A stretch of 64,000 nt of DNA from assembly GCF_006345805.1 (NCBI RefSeq), contig NC_043008.1, positions 16,182,001 to 16,246,000 on the forward strand, given 5' to 3'. Positions 40,972-54,513 of the stretch are shown in pieces. Source of the stretch: Octopus sinensis (lineage: Eukaryota). Under the pieces are notes generated by a model. The model saw nothing but the letters and a program-made list of their open reading frames with translations, was not told where the DNA came from and ran no database searches. The translations under genes were made by a program, and so were the position numbers. Each line of letters starts with the position of its first letter. Position 1 is the first letter of the stretch.

Positions 40972-41239
40972 GTGAGAATCTCATAAATTTCATGCTAAAG
41001 TGTATTTTAAAATATCGTCTCTATTGAAGAGTTATTTAGCTGTAGATTCTGGTAGATATTTTCTCTCGATGCTTCGTCTCAAAAATTTTAATATTGTATC
41101 TAGACGTATACACATCAACACTGTGGTGGCATCAAACGGAGGCGCAAAGACCCACACAAACACGTATATATATACAATGCACTGTATATTCTATTAAGAA
41201 AATAATCACTTTATAGATTTAATTTGTTATCTATCTATA

Positions 41240-41636
41240 GGCGCAGGAGTGGAAGGGTAGCTTGCTTTCCAACCACATGGTTTCGGGTTCATTCCCACTG
41301 CGTGGCACCGTGGGCAAGTGCCTTCCAGTATAGCCTCGGAACGACCAAAGCCTTGTAAGTGGATTTGGTAGACGGAAACTGAAAAGCAGCCCGTCGTATA
41401 TATGTATATATATATATATGCGTGTGTATATTTGTGTGTGTCTGTGATTATCCTCCCCAACATCGCTTGACGACCGATGTTGGTGTGTTTGCTTCCCTGT
41501 AACTTAGCTGTTCGGCAAAAGAGACCGATAGTATTAGGCTTATAAAATTAAGTCCTGGAATCGAATTACTCGACTAAAGGTGGTGCTCCAGCATGGCCGC
41601 AGTGAAATGACTGAAACAAGTAAAGCAGTAAAAGAG
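41240..41636 (+). mobile_element. SINE family A, near full length
   Basis: Colinear with 32444-32867. Confidence 0.95.
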
Positions 41637-41807
41637 GATATATATATCATGAGCGTCTCTCAGTGTTCGTCTCCCAGATCTGCCTTACTTGCCACGATGA
41701 GGAACTGAACGAAGTACTGTATGAACCGGAACCAAAATTAGAAGCACAGAACCACGCCTGTGTCTACGTATACACATCAATTTGTGCGCATATATATATA
41801 TATATAT

Positions 41808-41856
<49 letters not shown>

Positions 41857-41893
41857 CATACATACATACATACATACATACATACATACATAC

Positions 41894-41925
<32 letters not shown>

Positions 41926-42101
41926 CATATATAGAGAGAGAGAGAAAGGGGAGAAGAGAGAGGGAGAGAGAGGGAGAGCGGGATTGAGTGACAGCTAGCT
42001 ACCTATAAATATATATAGAGAGAGATAGATAGATATATAGATAGATATATAGATAGAGATTGAGAGAGATAGAGATAGATAATTAGATAATTAGATAGAT
42101 G

Positions 42102-42164
<63 letters not shown>

Positions 42165-42279
42165 GGATGTATTACGTATGTATGATTTGTGCATCATGTC
42201 AATGTGTGATAAATAAGGTATTGGTCTTATTGTGTATAATAAACACACAACCTCATCATCATCATCATCATCATCACAG

Positions 42280-42310
<31 letters not shown>

Positions 42311-42797
42311 TACCATCATTGTTGTATTTAACTGGGAGAATTTAGCAAACTCTCTTCAAGACCATTCTCCATAAATTTGTCACTAGCTCTTCATGCTTTT
42401 CAAATTTGATGTCTCGATTAGAAACTTGAGCTATGTAAAGCTTGTGATGCGTGCATTAGACATATTACTCTGAGGGATAACTGACACAAAATTCGCTAAA
42501 ATTGTTTATTTTATCACAGTATTTCGAGTATGAAAGTTAATATCGCATATGAAGGAAAGAAACAACTATTCATACGAAACCTTTAATTCCTCTTAGGTTT
42601 CCAAAAATCTCCCTTAAGAATCTCATCAATGAAAGTTGTTTTTTTTTTTTTCTGTTTATTGTGGATATATATATATATTGAAATTAGAATAAGAAATCAA
42701 TATCTATTCAAAATTTTTCTCAGTATACAAAACACAGGCACACACACACAAACATACATGCACACACGCACACGCACAAACACGTACAGACGTATAT

Positions 42798-42844
<47 letters not shown>

Positions 42845-42876
42845 TAGATAAATAGATAAATCTATAGATATCGATA

Positions 42877-42917
<41 letters not shown>

Positions 42918-43105
42918 ATGTGTTGGTGTTTGTGTGTATGAGTGTATGTATATGTATGAATGTATACGCATATATATATCGTAGTGGTTCAGAGTATAGT
43001 GTATTGTGATATTCTAGTTCTCATATTTTATATAAATGCAGGTGTATATCCGTATACATACATGTGTTTGTATGTATGTGTGTATGTGTGTGTTTGTGTG
43101 CGTGT

Positions 43106-43147
<42 letters not shown>

Positions 43148-43871
43148 CGTACATATATTGCTTGTGTATGCTGGTAAATATTGAAAAATATACATAAATC
43201 TACATACGTATGCAAGTGAGTCGATAAGAGTATATACGTTTTATGTGTTTGTGTATCTGTGGATGCGTATGAATGTGTACTGGTGTGCTGTGTTTTGTTT
43301 TTCGAAAGGCATATAATTCAGAAAACTATGTCTTTTCGTCTATACTTTCTTTCTCTCACAATTCATCGATTTCTCTACTTACACAATGTTACAATGTTAT
43401 ATCCTCACTGGATATATAAAATAAGTGAGAACGAAGTTATTTTCAGAAGACAGGTTTGTGTGACCAACCAATAGACCGTCAAAAATATTTCCTGCGAAAA
43501 ACACATCGCAACAAACAAAACATGTCATTTTTCACTCGTTATTGTAAGAATAATGGAAATATTTACCGTTATTTATAATTTTTTTCATTGTTTGCTGATA
43601 TATATTTGCTTTCGAAACAGTACAAGTGTAGGGGATAACCAGCTCAGTTTATTGATTAAGGGATACAATATTTTTTTTACAGGGTATATTTTTGTAAAAG
43701 GAGCTTAATATTGTTTTATAATCGCTTTGTAGCTTTCTGTAGGGTTTTGGGTAGTTTTCAGTTTAGGATTTGTTTGTTTTTTTTCTGACGCGTGTATCTG
43801 CTTGCGAGAATGATGTTGAATGACTTGGTCAAGATGGTGTTTAAATCACCCGCGATAATCGAGTAATAATA

Positions 43872-44278
43872 TATTTCTTTACTGCCCACAAGGGGCTAAA
43901 CACAGAGGGGGCAAACAAGGGCACACAAACGGATTAAGTGGATTATATCGACCCCTGTGCGTAACTGGTATTTAATTTATCGACCCCGAAAAGATGAAAG
44001 GCAAAGTTGACCTCGGCAGAATTTGAACCCAGAACGTAGCGGCAGATGAAATACGTATTTCTTTATTACCCACAATGGGCTAAACACAGAGGGGACAAAT
44101 AAGGACAGACATAGGTATTAAGTCGATTACATCGACCCCAGTGTGTAACTGGTACTTAATTTATCGACCCCGAAAGGATGAAAGGCAAAGTCGACCTCGG
44201 CGGAATTTGAACTCACAACGTAACTCAGACGAAATACGGCTACGCATTTCGCCCGGCGTGCTAACGTTTCTGCCAGCT
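43872..44278 (-). mobile_element. SINE family C: one full copy (44056-44278) plus a tandem 5'-truncated copy (43872-44055)
   Basis: TTTATCGACCCCGAAAGGATGAAAGGCAAAGTCGACCTCGGCGGAATTTGAAC occurs twice; this motif resembles the Meta-SINE domain as I recall it. Confidence 0.9.
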
Positions 44279-44635
44279 AACTGGTGCGAACAGCCGGGAG
44301 TATAAAAACTAATCGGCTTCTCTATCAGGAGTACAGGAAGTGTGGAATCATCTACAAGTATTATACCTGTGGTGACACAGAAAATGGTTAATTCAGATAA
44401 TACTGAGATGAATGTAATACAGATTAATCAGTCAGCGGATTAATCAAATCAGAGAGTTGGATACATTAAGATTTTTGAAGGAAATGGAAATAGAGGAGTA
44501 TGATATTGACCCATATCGGGTGTGATAGTCGTTCATATCATGTATTATGTGCTGTAGAAAATCTTCAGAAAAAGGTCTGCCGGATGCTATTTTGTTGTGT
44601 GATTGTTCTTTAAATGAAAGCATTCCTCGTCCCGT

Positions 44636-44970
44636 AAGTTAAGGTAAGTTAAGTTAAGTTTTTGGCTCAAAAAGCAAAAAGCAAGGCCATGTAGGGGGAC
44701 ATGGAGTTATGTACAGGGTGGTCTTCATGTAAAGAGTTCAGGCCATTTCCGGTCAAGGGAGACTTTGAACCGAGCGCTCGTCGGCATCTTCACTATCTCG
44801 TCCGCCAGCTTATTCCACGGATCCGCAACCCGGACGGAGAAATCCCCTCTCCTTCGATTGAGATGAAATCGTCGCAGATAGAGCTTTTCGGAGTGATCCC
44901 GCAGCCGACGCTCTGGAGCAGGAGTGAAGAATAGCACTTTGGAGAGGTTACACTTTCCCAGACTCGAACA
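44636..44970 (-). mobile_element. CR1-clade LINE 3' end (ORF2 C-terminus, 3' UTR and AACTT tail)
   Basis: LRDHSEKLYLRRFHLNRRRGDFSVRVADPWNKLADEIVKMPTSARFKVSLDRKW matches the CR1 RGH..FSxRVxxxWNxL..FKxxLD motif; (AACTT)n tail. Confidence 0.88.
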
Positions 44971-46402
44971 CATAATCCAGTGATATTATCTACATTTTCT
45001 AATATATTCTTATTCAAAACGCCAAAATTTTACTTCAGGAATTTTTCGCTGTAAATCCGTTTCAATATTGGGTTATCCAGTTATAATATTCTTGACAACA
45101 ATTTCTATTCAACGATAGAAATTCTCCTTCTCCTCCTCAACCTCCTCTCCATCCTCCTCCTCTCCATCCCTCACACACACATGAGTATGTGAGTTAGTGA
45201 TGAGTGAGAGAGAGAGAGAGGGGGAGAGGGTCAGCGAGGAAGAAAGAGAAGGGGATAGAGAGAGGGATAGAGGCAGAGGATAATCTGAAATAGAAGGTAA
45301 GACAGATGAATTCAAATTTGACGACGTCATTATTAGCTATTTATTGCAGGCATCGACTATGAGAGGATATACTAAATTGATAGCTAAATTGTGTTTTATC
45401 TTTAAGGAAACTAGCCCTAATTGTTGAGTCGAGAGATTAACTAAATTGTTAGTAGATACAAGATTTTGAAGAGTTAAAAAATAACAGTTTAGTTTCAAGA
45501 GTTAATCCTGAAATATAGACTACTTTGGCTCCTCAAATACAATGGCTTATCAAATACACCAACACTCTCTTCACGTTTATTATAGACCCTAACAAATACA
45601 CACACAAAAACATCCGAACAAAAACCTACACAATTATGCACGCATACACAAATAGACTGACACACGGTTTTACACACTTGATATATAGATACGGATATAA
45701 ACATCACGAGAATAAAAATACACACCTGATATTTATGTGGAATAATCTGTTATATATGCTAAAAGTCTAAAGAAAGAATTGGTGATTATAATTCTTTACT
45801 TCTATTTGAAAATACTGGCTTGTTTTGCAAGAAAATTTTATCATTCATATGATCGAATAACCAATTATTTGATTTGTTTTTTTTTTCTTTTTGTTATTTG
45901 TTTTCATAACTTTTTTCCCAACAATTTACGTCTATAGCAAACTCACTTTCATCATCATTTTTATTTCATTCGGAGATTAAAGAGAAATACGCATATCTAT
46001 ATATTTATTTACTTGCATTACAAAAGAATTATCTATATCAAAGAGATTCTTATTTGCACATTTTGAAAGAAAAAAACACATAAAGTGTAATCTAATAAGA
46101 GAAATATTGATAATTATATAGACGTAAATAATTTTAAATAATTTTATTAGTTTAAAGGAGAATGTATATATTTAAAAACAAATCAATACCAATGTGTTTA
46201 TTGTATTTACAACATCGAGTTAAATCTACAATCGGGATTTGAAACCAAGTGTTACACATAACTCATATTATTCTTTATTATGTATTAAATGATACAGGTT
46301 ATTCTATATGATATCCTCTAGTTATAGTTAGGTAATTATATGTATCAATGCAGACGCACACACAACACACACACAACACACGCACACGCGCACACATATA
46401 TA

Positions 46403-46822
46403 CTCTTTAATCTTTTACACTTTTATATGTTTCAGTCATTTGACTGCGGTCATGCTGCAGTACCGCCTTTAGCCGAGCAATTCTACCACAGGACTTATTC
46501 TTTGTGAGCCTAGTACTTATTCTATCGGTCTGTTTTGCCGAACCGCTAAGTTACGGGGTCGTAAACACACCAGCATCGGTTGTCAAGCGATGTTGGTGGA
46601 ACTAACACAGACATACAAAGACACACACACACACACATACACACACACACACACATATATATATATACACATACATATATACGACGGGCTTCTTTCAGGT
46701 TCCGTCTACCAAATCCAGTCACAAGGCTTGGTCGGCCCGAGGCTATAGTAGAAGACATTCGCCCAAGGTGACACGAGGTGGGACTGAACGCGCAACCATG
46801 TGGTTGGTAAGCAAGCTACTTA
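46403..46822 (-). mobile_element. SINE family A
   Basis: Reverse complement of 32444-32867, lacking the extreme 5' end. Confidence 0.93.
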
Positions 46823-46924
46823 CGTACACTTTCGTCGTAGATATAAAGAAAGAAATATAGGCTGTATATCATCCAGCCAACAGGATCCTGAAAACATCTT
46901 TGTTACTTTCAAAGTCTATCCTTT

Positions 46925-47135
46925 ATCTGCAGCTCGCTTCGGTCATCAGACTACGACCATGCTGAGGCACCGCCTTGAAGAATTTTTTGTCGAATGAATC
47001 GACACCATTACTTATAGGTTTTATAAAGACTATTGCTTCATCTATCAAATCCTTTCGCCAAACTGCTGAGTTTAACGGACGTTAATGCACGAACAGGGGT
47101 TGTCAAACGGTAGTCGTGGGGAGAACAGCTCAAAG
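46925..47135 (-). mobile_element. SINE family A, old 3' half
   Basis: CATGCTGAGGCACCGCCTTGAAG..GTCGAATGAATCGAC..GGTTGTCAAACG. Confidence 0.75.
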
Positions 47136-47504
47136 ACACATATATGTACACACGCGCGCACACATACACACATAGAAAGTTCTGCTACACTTTAGAGCCT
47201 AGAATTGCTTTGAGAAACAATTTTGCAAATAAAATATGAAAGCAAAAGCAGAATAGTATGACTGGTATTCACTTTAAGTTCGACTGTAGAGCTATTTCCC
47301 AACATATGCATGTTAAAACCTAACTTCAGATTTATAGCACAGCTATAGTTTTGTATGTAGTGGTTATGCTAAATAACAACTGTAAACATATGTACCTACC
47401 ACAACATATCTACATATATATATATATATATGTATGTATTCACAGACAAACATATATATGTGTATATATATATATATAATATATATATATATGTATATAT
47501 ATAT

Positions 47505-47757
47505 ATTCTTTTATTTCTTTATTTTTTCAGTCAACTTGCGGCTATGCTCGAGCAACCCTTTTAGTCGAGCAAATCGACCCCAAGGATTATTCTTTGTAAG
47601 CCTAGTACTTATTCTATTGACCTCCTTTGCCGAACCGCTAAGTTACGGGGACGTAAACCTACCAGGAGCGTTTGTCAAGCGACGGTGGTTGGACAAACAC
47701 AGACACACAGATACATACGCACACTCATACAGACACACAGACACACACAGACACACG

Positions 47758-47803
<46 letters not shown>

Positions 47804-47965
47804 CGACAGGCGTCTTACAGTTTCCGTCTACCAAATCCACTCAAAGTAGTTCGTTGACTCGAGGTTATAGTAGAGGACACTTGCCGTAGGTGTCATGCAG
47901 TGGGACTGAACCCGAGATCATGTGGTTGGTAAGAAAGCTGCTTAGTACACAGCCACGCCTGCACC
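47505..47965 (-). mobile_element. SINE family A, near full length
   Basis: Colinear with the other minus-strand copies. Confidence 0.92.
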
Positions 47966-48595
47966 TATATACATATTTAAATATAATTTACGCACACACG
48001 CACTCACATATGTATGTATGTAAGTATGTATGTATGTATGTATGTATGTATATATCTAGAAGTTCAGAAAATTCGGCCACATGCGCTATACAGTCCTGGT
48101 GATGCGATATAGAAATTCGACGTAAATAATAAAGAATCAGATCGGCTCATATGGGCCACAAATAAAACAGCTTTGTACAGGTATATTAAGAGAATGACAT
48201 TTTAACCAATGCCTGAATGTAGTTTAACATTGGAAGCAATTTAAATCATTTCGATAAAAATGGGTCTCATAAAATCTACTTATCTTAGAAATGTGGAAAT
48301 TTTTACACTCAGGTTTTTATTTGCAATATTTAGATGACATTTCAGCTGTAATATAAGATTTACTAAATTTTGAATAAATGCATTTAAAGTGAAAGCAATT
48401 TGTTATGAAATAAATGTACATAAGGACATTTGATTTGTTGCATATTCACATAGTCATTTCGTTAGTTATGAGAGGATGCTTATTATGAATGTCTACGCTA
48501 ATATTGTAAGATGAATGACAAATAGTTTGAGGAGGTGAATGAATATTTTTTCATATGATTGCTTTATGACAATGTGTAATGTCAAGCACAGATGA

Positions 48596-48644
<49 letters not shown>

Positions 48645-48823
48645 ACATACATACATAAACGTGTATGTGTGTGTCTGTTTGTTGAATGTATGTGTGTGTC
48701 TGTCTGTTGGGTGTGTGTGTGGAGGGATGCTGCATATGTGTGTGTAGTGTTAAGAACCAAATTATTTTTACATTTATATTTCAAATACACAAATGTCAAA
48801 TTTAAGTTATTTAACTGAAAGTC

Positions 48824-48866
<43 letters not shown>

Positions 48867-48869
48867 TAC

Positions 48870-48904
<35 letters not shown>

Positions 48905-48943
48905 AATATACATATACATATATATGTATATATGCATATATAA

Positions 48944-49051
<108 letters not shown>

Positions 49052-49149
49052 TGTATATGTATGTATATTTTTAAAAAAACGAGAAGAAAAATCGCTAAGA
49101 TTGCTGATGTAAAAAGTGAAAAGAAACTTGGGAAAGGAAAATGAAGGAA

Positions 49150-49660
49150 ACTAAGATATTCGTAGTGTTTGACTGTAGAAACCATAATTAACGTGGCTAT
49201 AGCACAGTAATAGAACGGAAAGGAAGCCTGTATCTGTGAGATCGCTACTAAATCTGGGTGGGTGATGTCTTCCAGTTCAACAAAAGAAACCTGTCCTTCT
49301 GCTTGCACTACACATTTCCATGGACTTAAACTCACACTCTTATAAGCCGAATGGGAACCTAACATGTATATATAGAGAGTACTTTGACTCTATAGTATTT
49401 AAAACTCTAATAGCCAGCATCAGAATATCTCATCTGTTCTCAAAGGAAATTATTGACAAAGCACTCCCCTGATATAACAATGCCCTTAACTAACATCAAC
49501 TCTAAAGATATCATATACAGCTTCAGTTAAAACATATGAAGCCTAAAAATAGACTAAGGAAAATAATATTGTTCACTCTCTCCTGAGGAACGTCATTGGG
49601 TTATTAAATGAGAATTTCCCTGTAAACCACAAATACAAGAAGATCTTTATAGAGTACGTA
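49150..49660 (+). mobile_element. Decayed Penelope-like RT/linker fragment
   Basis: SIRISHLFSKEIIDKALP*YNNA..KNRLRKIILF..LNENFPVNHKYKKIF matches the PLE RISxLSSxxxxFxxAxPxYxxAL..RxRxIIWF..KHFPxxHxxxKIF pattern. Confidence 0.65.
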
Positions 49661-49710
49661 TGCTGTACAATATTAGATATACACATCATAAAGAATATAT
49701 AACTATGAAT

Positions 49711-49875
49711 AACATTAGCACGCAGGGCGAAATGTGGTATTTCGTTCCGAGTTTAAATTCCGCCGATCTCGACTTTGCCTTTCGGGGTCGATAAATGAAG
49801 TACCAGTTGCGTACTGATGTCGATCTAATCAGCTTGCCCCTCCCCACAAATTTCGGTTCTTGTGCCTAGAGTAGA
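49711..49875 (+). mobile_element. SINE family C, 5' truncated, with a 21-bp TSD
   Basis: AAAGAATATATAACTATGAAT at 49690-49710 and 49876-49896. Confidence 0.9.
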
Positions 49876-51497
49876 AAAGAATATATAACTATGAATGCTA
49901 TATAACATTATTTCTTTTAAATAGCATTGTTTTCAGACTTATGCAAAATACAATTTATTTAAAAGGGACAATATTCGATCCTGTTAACATGGCCACTTCT
50001 AATTATATCAACCAAACTTGCCTAAACTAAAACTTTATCCTATCTTAACCAGTATTTCCCTGATTCAGCTATCAGCTAACTCTTTTATCTTTCATGATTA
50101 ATTAATTTATTAATTACGAATAGTGATACAAATTCAAAAATAATCATGAGAATATCCGTATCAAATTGATGTTCGTGTTGTGTTTTGATTGTAAAATATA
50201 TTAAGTTATTAGTGTAATATATAATATTTGAACATAACCGAAATCTGATATGAATCCGTTTCCTCATAATTTAATTCATGCAAATAAATGTTCGGGATTG
50301 TTAGACTTATTTGTTTCTGATACGATAAAAACTAGCAAATTAAGATGAGAAGCAATTGAAACCCAAATATAAGTATGCATTTCTAAAAAAATAATTAAAA
50401 AAATAATAAATCACATTTACCTCTACCAATACATACAAATTAAGAAATAGTGTAATTTGCATTTCAGAAATTTCACCAACAAATTATTTCCCACACTGTC
50501 TTTCGATATGGTACTAATTTATATGATAAACAAACATATCTATAGCAACGGAATATATTTACGTAAAATGAATATTCACTATTGTATAAAACGTGATTTG
50601 GTTGTTATGAAATACCAGAAATTTTGTTCTTATCAATACTTGTGTTTGATTAAAAATAATAATTAAAATGAAAACTGAATATAAATTAACAATTACATTT
50701 CAATAATTGCTAACAAAGGATGCACAATTCAGTCACAGAATAAATTCTCGCAAATTATAGCGAGCAGTTCTTGATAAATATGTTTATATGAATAACATGT
50801 TACATTTTTATCAGGCAAAATATATTCATCATTGTTGACGTTTGGCATTTTCGATTACTGCATTTGTATGGTTGTTTGGCCTCTTAGATAAATAAAAAAA
50901 ACGACAAAAAAAAAGTATCTCAGTAATTCCGAATTGTTTTGTTTCTCACCAATTGAAAGTAAGTTCATTTCAAATGCTTGCTATGCAAGCCAAGTCTATT
51001 AAGAAAAAAAAATAAACATTTCACCTATTTACCGTCGGTCGTGAAATTCTCGTATCTGTAATTGATTATTAGAGCCCGCACTCTCATAAATACGATTTGT
51101 AATGAATTCTGAAATATTTTATCTTAATAATTGCACATATATTATATATATTTCAATTGCAGACGTTTTCTGCACCGAAAGGCAGAGAAGTGTAGTTTAA
51201 ATTTTTTTTTTCGTTCTGCTAATATTCACACTGTATGATTTACGAAGTATTCTAGATGTTAATTCTCCTCATTACGGTGAACTGGTGCAACTACACTCTT
51301 TCAGTACTTATAGTTCTTCCTTTACAAAGCTATTTAGAACATATTCTGTTGCTCAAATTTATACCATATATAAAGCTGAAACTTTACCAGTGAACTCGTT
51401 GTCTGTAGTCTATGATTCTACGTTCTCTACTGCGATATGCAATATTTATTGTATCGTGTCTCAGAATTGTAACGGATTGTGCTTCATAATAAAAATA

Positions 51498-51850
51498 TCT
51501 TTGCCTATAGAATTTGAATTCCAGTTCTTCCTCATTGCACGCCTACGTTCTACACATTGCATAGTCCAGAACGATGGCAAAGAGATAAGGTGCTAGCGTG
51601 TCGCCTTGTAATACCCCGGCTTTGACTTCAAAGTATTCTGTCTCTCCATCAGGAGTGATTACTTTCGCTCTGGTGTTCTCATACAGCTTACTTATTGCTA
51701 TCAGAATTCTTGGAGGAATATCATATGCTTTACGTATCTACATCATCATTCCTCTAAGTACTGAATCGAAAGCCTTTTTAAAGTCTACATAAATGATAGC
51801 TGTCTTTTTATGGCTCTTGACTCCCTCTATCAGTGTTCTAAGTGCATAGG
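51498..51850 (-). mobile_element. RTE-clade LINE reverse transcriptase, inverted 5' segment
   Basis: ALRTLIEGVKSHKKTAIIYVDFKKAFDSV..GVLQGDTLAPYLFAIVLDYAM (RT domains 3-4). Confidence 0.92.
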
Positions 51851-52335
51851 CAAAGAAGTAGACGGCATCCAGCAGTAACAGTAACTGACCTAGATTATGC
51901 TGATGTCAGAAAGGACAGATCATGCACAGGAGGTGCTGAGGAGATTAGAGCAGGAATCGAGGCAGATAGGATTGTACTGTAATGCAAACAAAACAGAGCT
52001 GCAAGTATCCAATCATGAAATACCTGTGTCGGTGAATCACTGAAGGTAGTTGAAAATTTCAAATACCTTGATGTAAGGATACAAAGTATTGAAAAAGATA
52101 TCGTAGCAAGGAAAGCTCTTGCCTGGAGTGCATGCCATATATTAAGAAAGGTATTGAGTTCAAAGTTAGTAAAGGAATTGAAAGGGAGTTTTGTCTGGCA
52201 GCAGTGGAGTCTGGTCTTCTATACGGCGTTGAAACATGAACGTTCAGTAAAGCATTGAAGACGTAGTTGGACGGTTGCTATACGAGGATACTTAGAATGC
52301 CATTCAATGTCTCCTGTGTAGAACATGCTTATAAA
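51846..52335 (+). mobile_element. RTE-clade LINE reverse transcriptase, direct segment
   Basis: RQRSRRHPAVTVTDLDYAD..IGLYCNANKTE..ENFKYL..VESGLLYGVET*T..LDGCYTRILR. Confidence 0.9.
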
Positions 52336-53292
52336 CTTCCTTCTACTTAATTTTAGTCGTTTGTTACGGCATCGTTGAAGGAATTTAGATCTTCACTATG
52401 TGTCACTTTATGTTACTGACATCGTGTAAACTGTATGAAAACTAGTAAAAATACACCTTATACAGGTATCATGAAATGATATGAAATCCTGTATAATTCT
52501 GAGCGTGAAGGTGTGCATAAGACATTCATGTACTTTACTCATTCGTTCCTTGTAGAAAGGTGACATAAAGCAAGGTGAAACTGGTAAAAAGAAGTTGCAA
52601 AATATTATGACATATATTGAGCTGCTGATAGCCAAGTGCCTTCGAACTGCAATAATCTTTCCCTCAATATGTGAGAGGCATTTTTTATCCCCTATATGTT
52701 TATTAATAATAATTGTTATTTTATTTTAACTTTCGTTAAGTATTAACTTGTCCTTTCTTTTTGCCGTCAAACATACTGCTTGAATGCTACCTTCTCAGAG
52801 ATAGATTTACTACTGCTTTATGTTTCTGCATATTTCGCAATAAAGATATTTTGAAAAAAACAAAGAATTATTGTTTGTTTTTTTTCTCCTTTTTGTTAAC
52901 CTTATTGATCAAGAGAGCCATGTTGTTGCTAGGCATCATGATGATTTAATCTATAAATAAAATATTGTTTGCATATCCCTCTTCAAAAATTATTAGCAAA
53001 CAAGCAATTTCAAATAAAGATTTATATTCTCTGAATACAAATGCTGAGGACTTAAATCAATTAAGCTTTGTATCACTTTCAAAAACAAAAACATTATAAA
53101 TTCTAATTTTATGTATCATCGTATAGTTTCTGTCTTTTATTATATTTTTATTATGCGATATTTAAAAATGGAGTTCTTGTTTTTTTTTGAGCAGCTATAG
53201 GGTTTGCTTTTATTAACATGATGTTATTGCCATAATGAATTTCGAAATAAAATCATTTATAAATTGCATATTATATACGAATATGTATATGC

Positions 53293-53360
<68 letters not shown>

Positions 53361-53380
53361 ATAATATATATATATATATA

Positions 53381-53457
<77 letters not shown>

Positions 53458-53471
53458 ATATATATATGCAT

Positions 53472-53532
<61 letters not shown>

Positions 53533-54258
53533 GTATATATATATTTACGTATGTATACGTAATATCCACACTACTGAAGATATGTCTTCAACGGTATTCT
53601 GTGTTGGGTAAAGAACAATATGAGTGAATTTACGAGATTCTGATAATCATCAACATAGTAGTTTGTCAAAAATAGATTACATTGTCAAATGTGAGCAATG
53701 ACTGCCTGAAAAATAATATACACACATAGAACTAATAGAGAGGGTGTTCGATGATTATATGTAAATTCAATCTATCACAAAGCAGAGTGTATATGGGAAA
53801 AGTGAAATATAATACATACATGATTTCACTGCTTTTGCAACTTTATAAACTGTCATAACGTTGGCTACTTCTACAAATCTTAGGATTACTGTTATTTTCA
53901 AAGATTTCGTTAGACATTGTAGATCATTTGAATGAATTGTAAATCGACTGAAAAAATATTCTAATATACATTCATAAGTTAAAACTTATAGCTTTGAAGC
54001 AAAAAACGTCAATCTCTAGCCACCATAAAGGGGAAAGTGAAAGAGGTTTGTAATATTATTATAAAAATCTGTTTTGTAAAAATCTTTGTAAAGATACGCC
54101 GTATTTGAAATGATTAAGAGGAACGTACTACCAATACGAAGTTCCAAGATATTTTCTTGAGTTTCTCAAAATGTATCTTAGTTAGATAATATATACTAGT
54201 TCAGAAGTTTTAAAAGAATGGAAACTAATCGTTTGCCGCCGAGTTTAGTAAGAAAATT

Positions 54259-54513
54259 TGACAATCATTCGATTTGCGACTCAACTGGATTTCTTGAATG
54301 AAATTAGTCAATGAATATTTCTGCTTCTCAAAAAAATCGTAACACTAATTATAGGTACCCGTTTATCTTACGAATTAATTAATTTTACATGTTGCTATAT
54401 ATCAGGTAAACGAGTAACTATAAGTTGTGTTAACATTTTTTTGACAAGTAGAAATATTCATTTACTAATTTCATTCATGAAATTTACTTGAGGCGCAAAT
54501 CGAATGATTGTCA
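54259..54513. mobile_element. Foldback/MITE-like hairpin, about 110-bp arms and a 35-nt loop
   Basis: 54259-54368 is the near reverse complement of 54404-54513. Confidence 0.8.
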
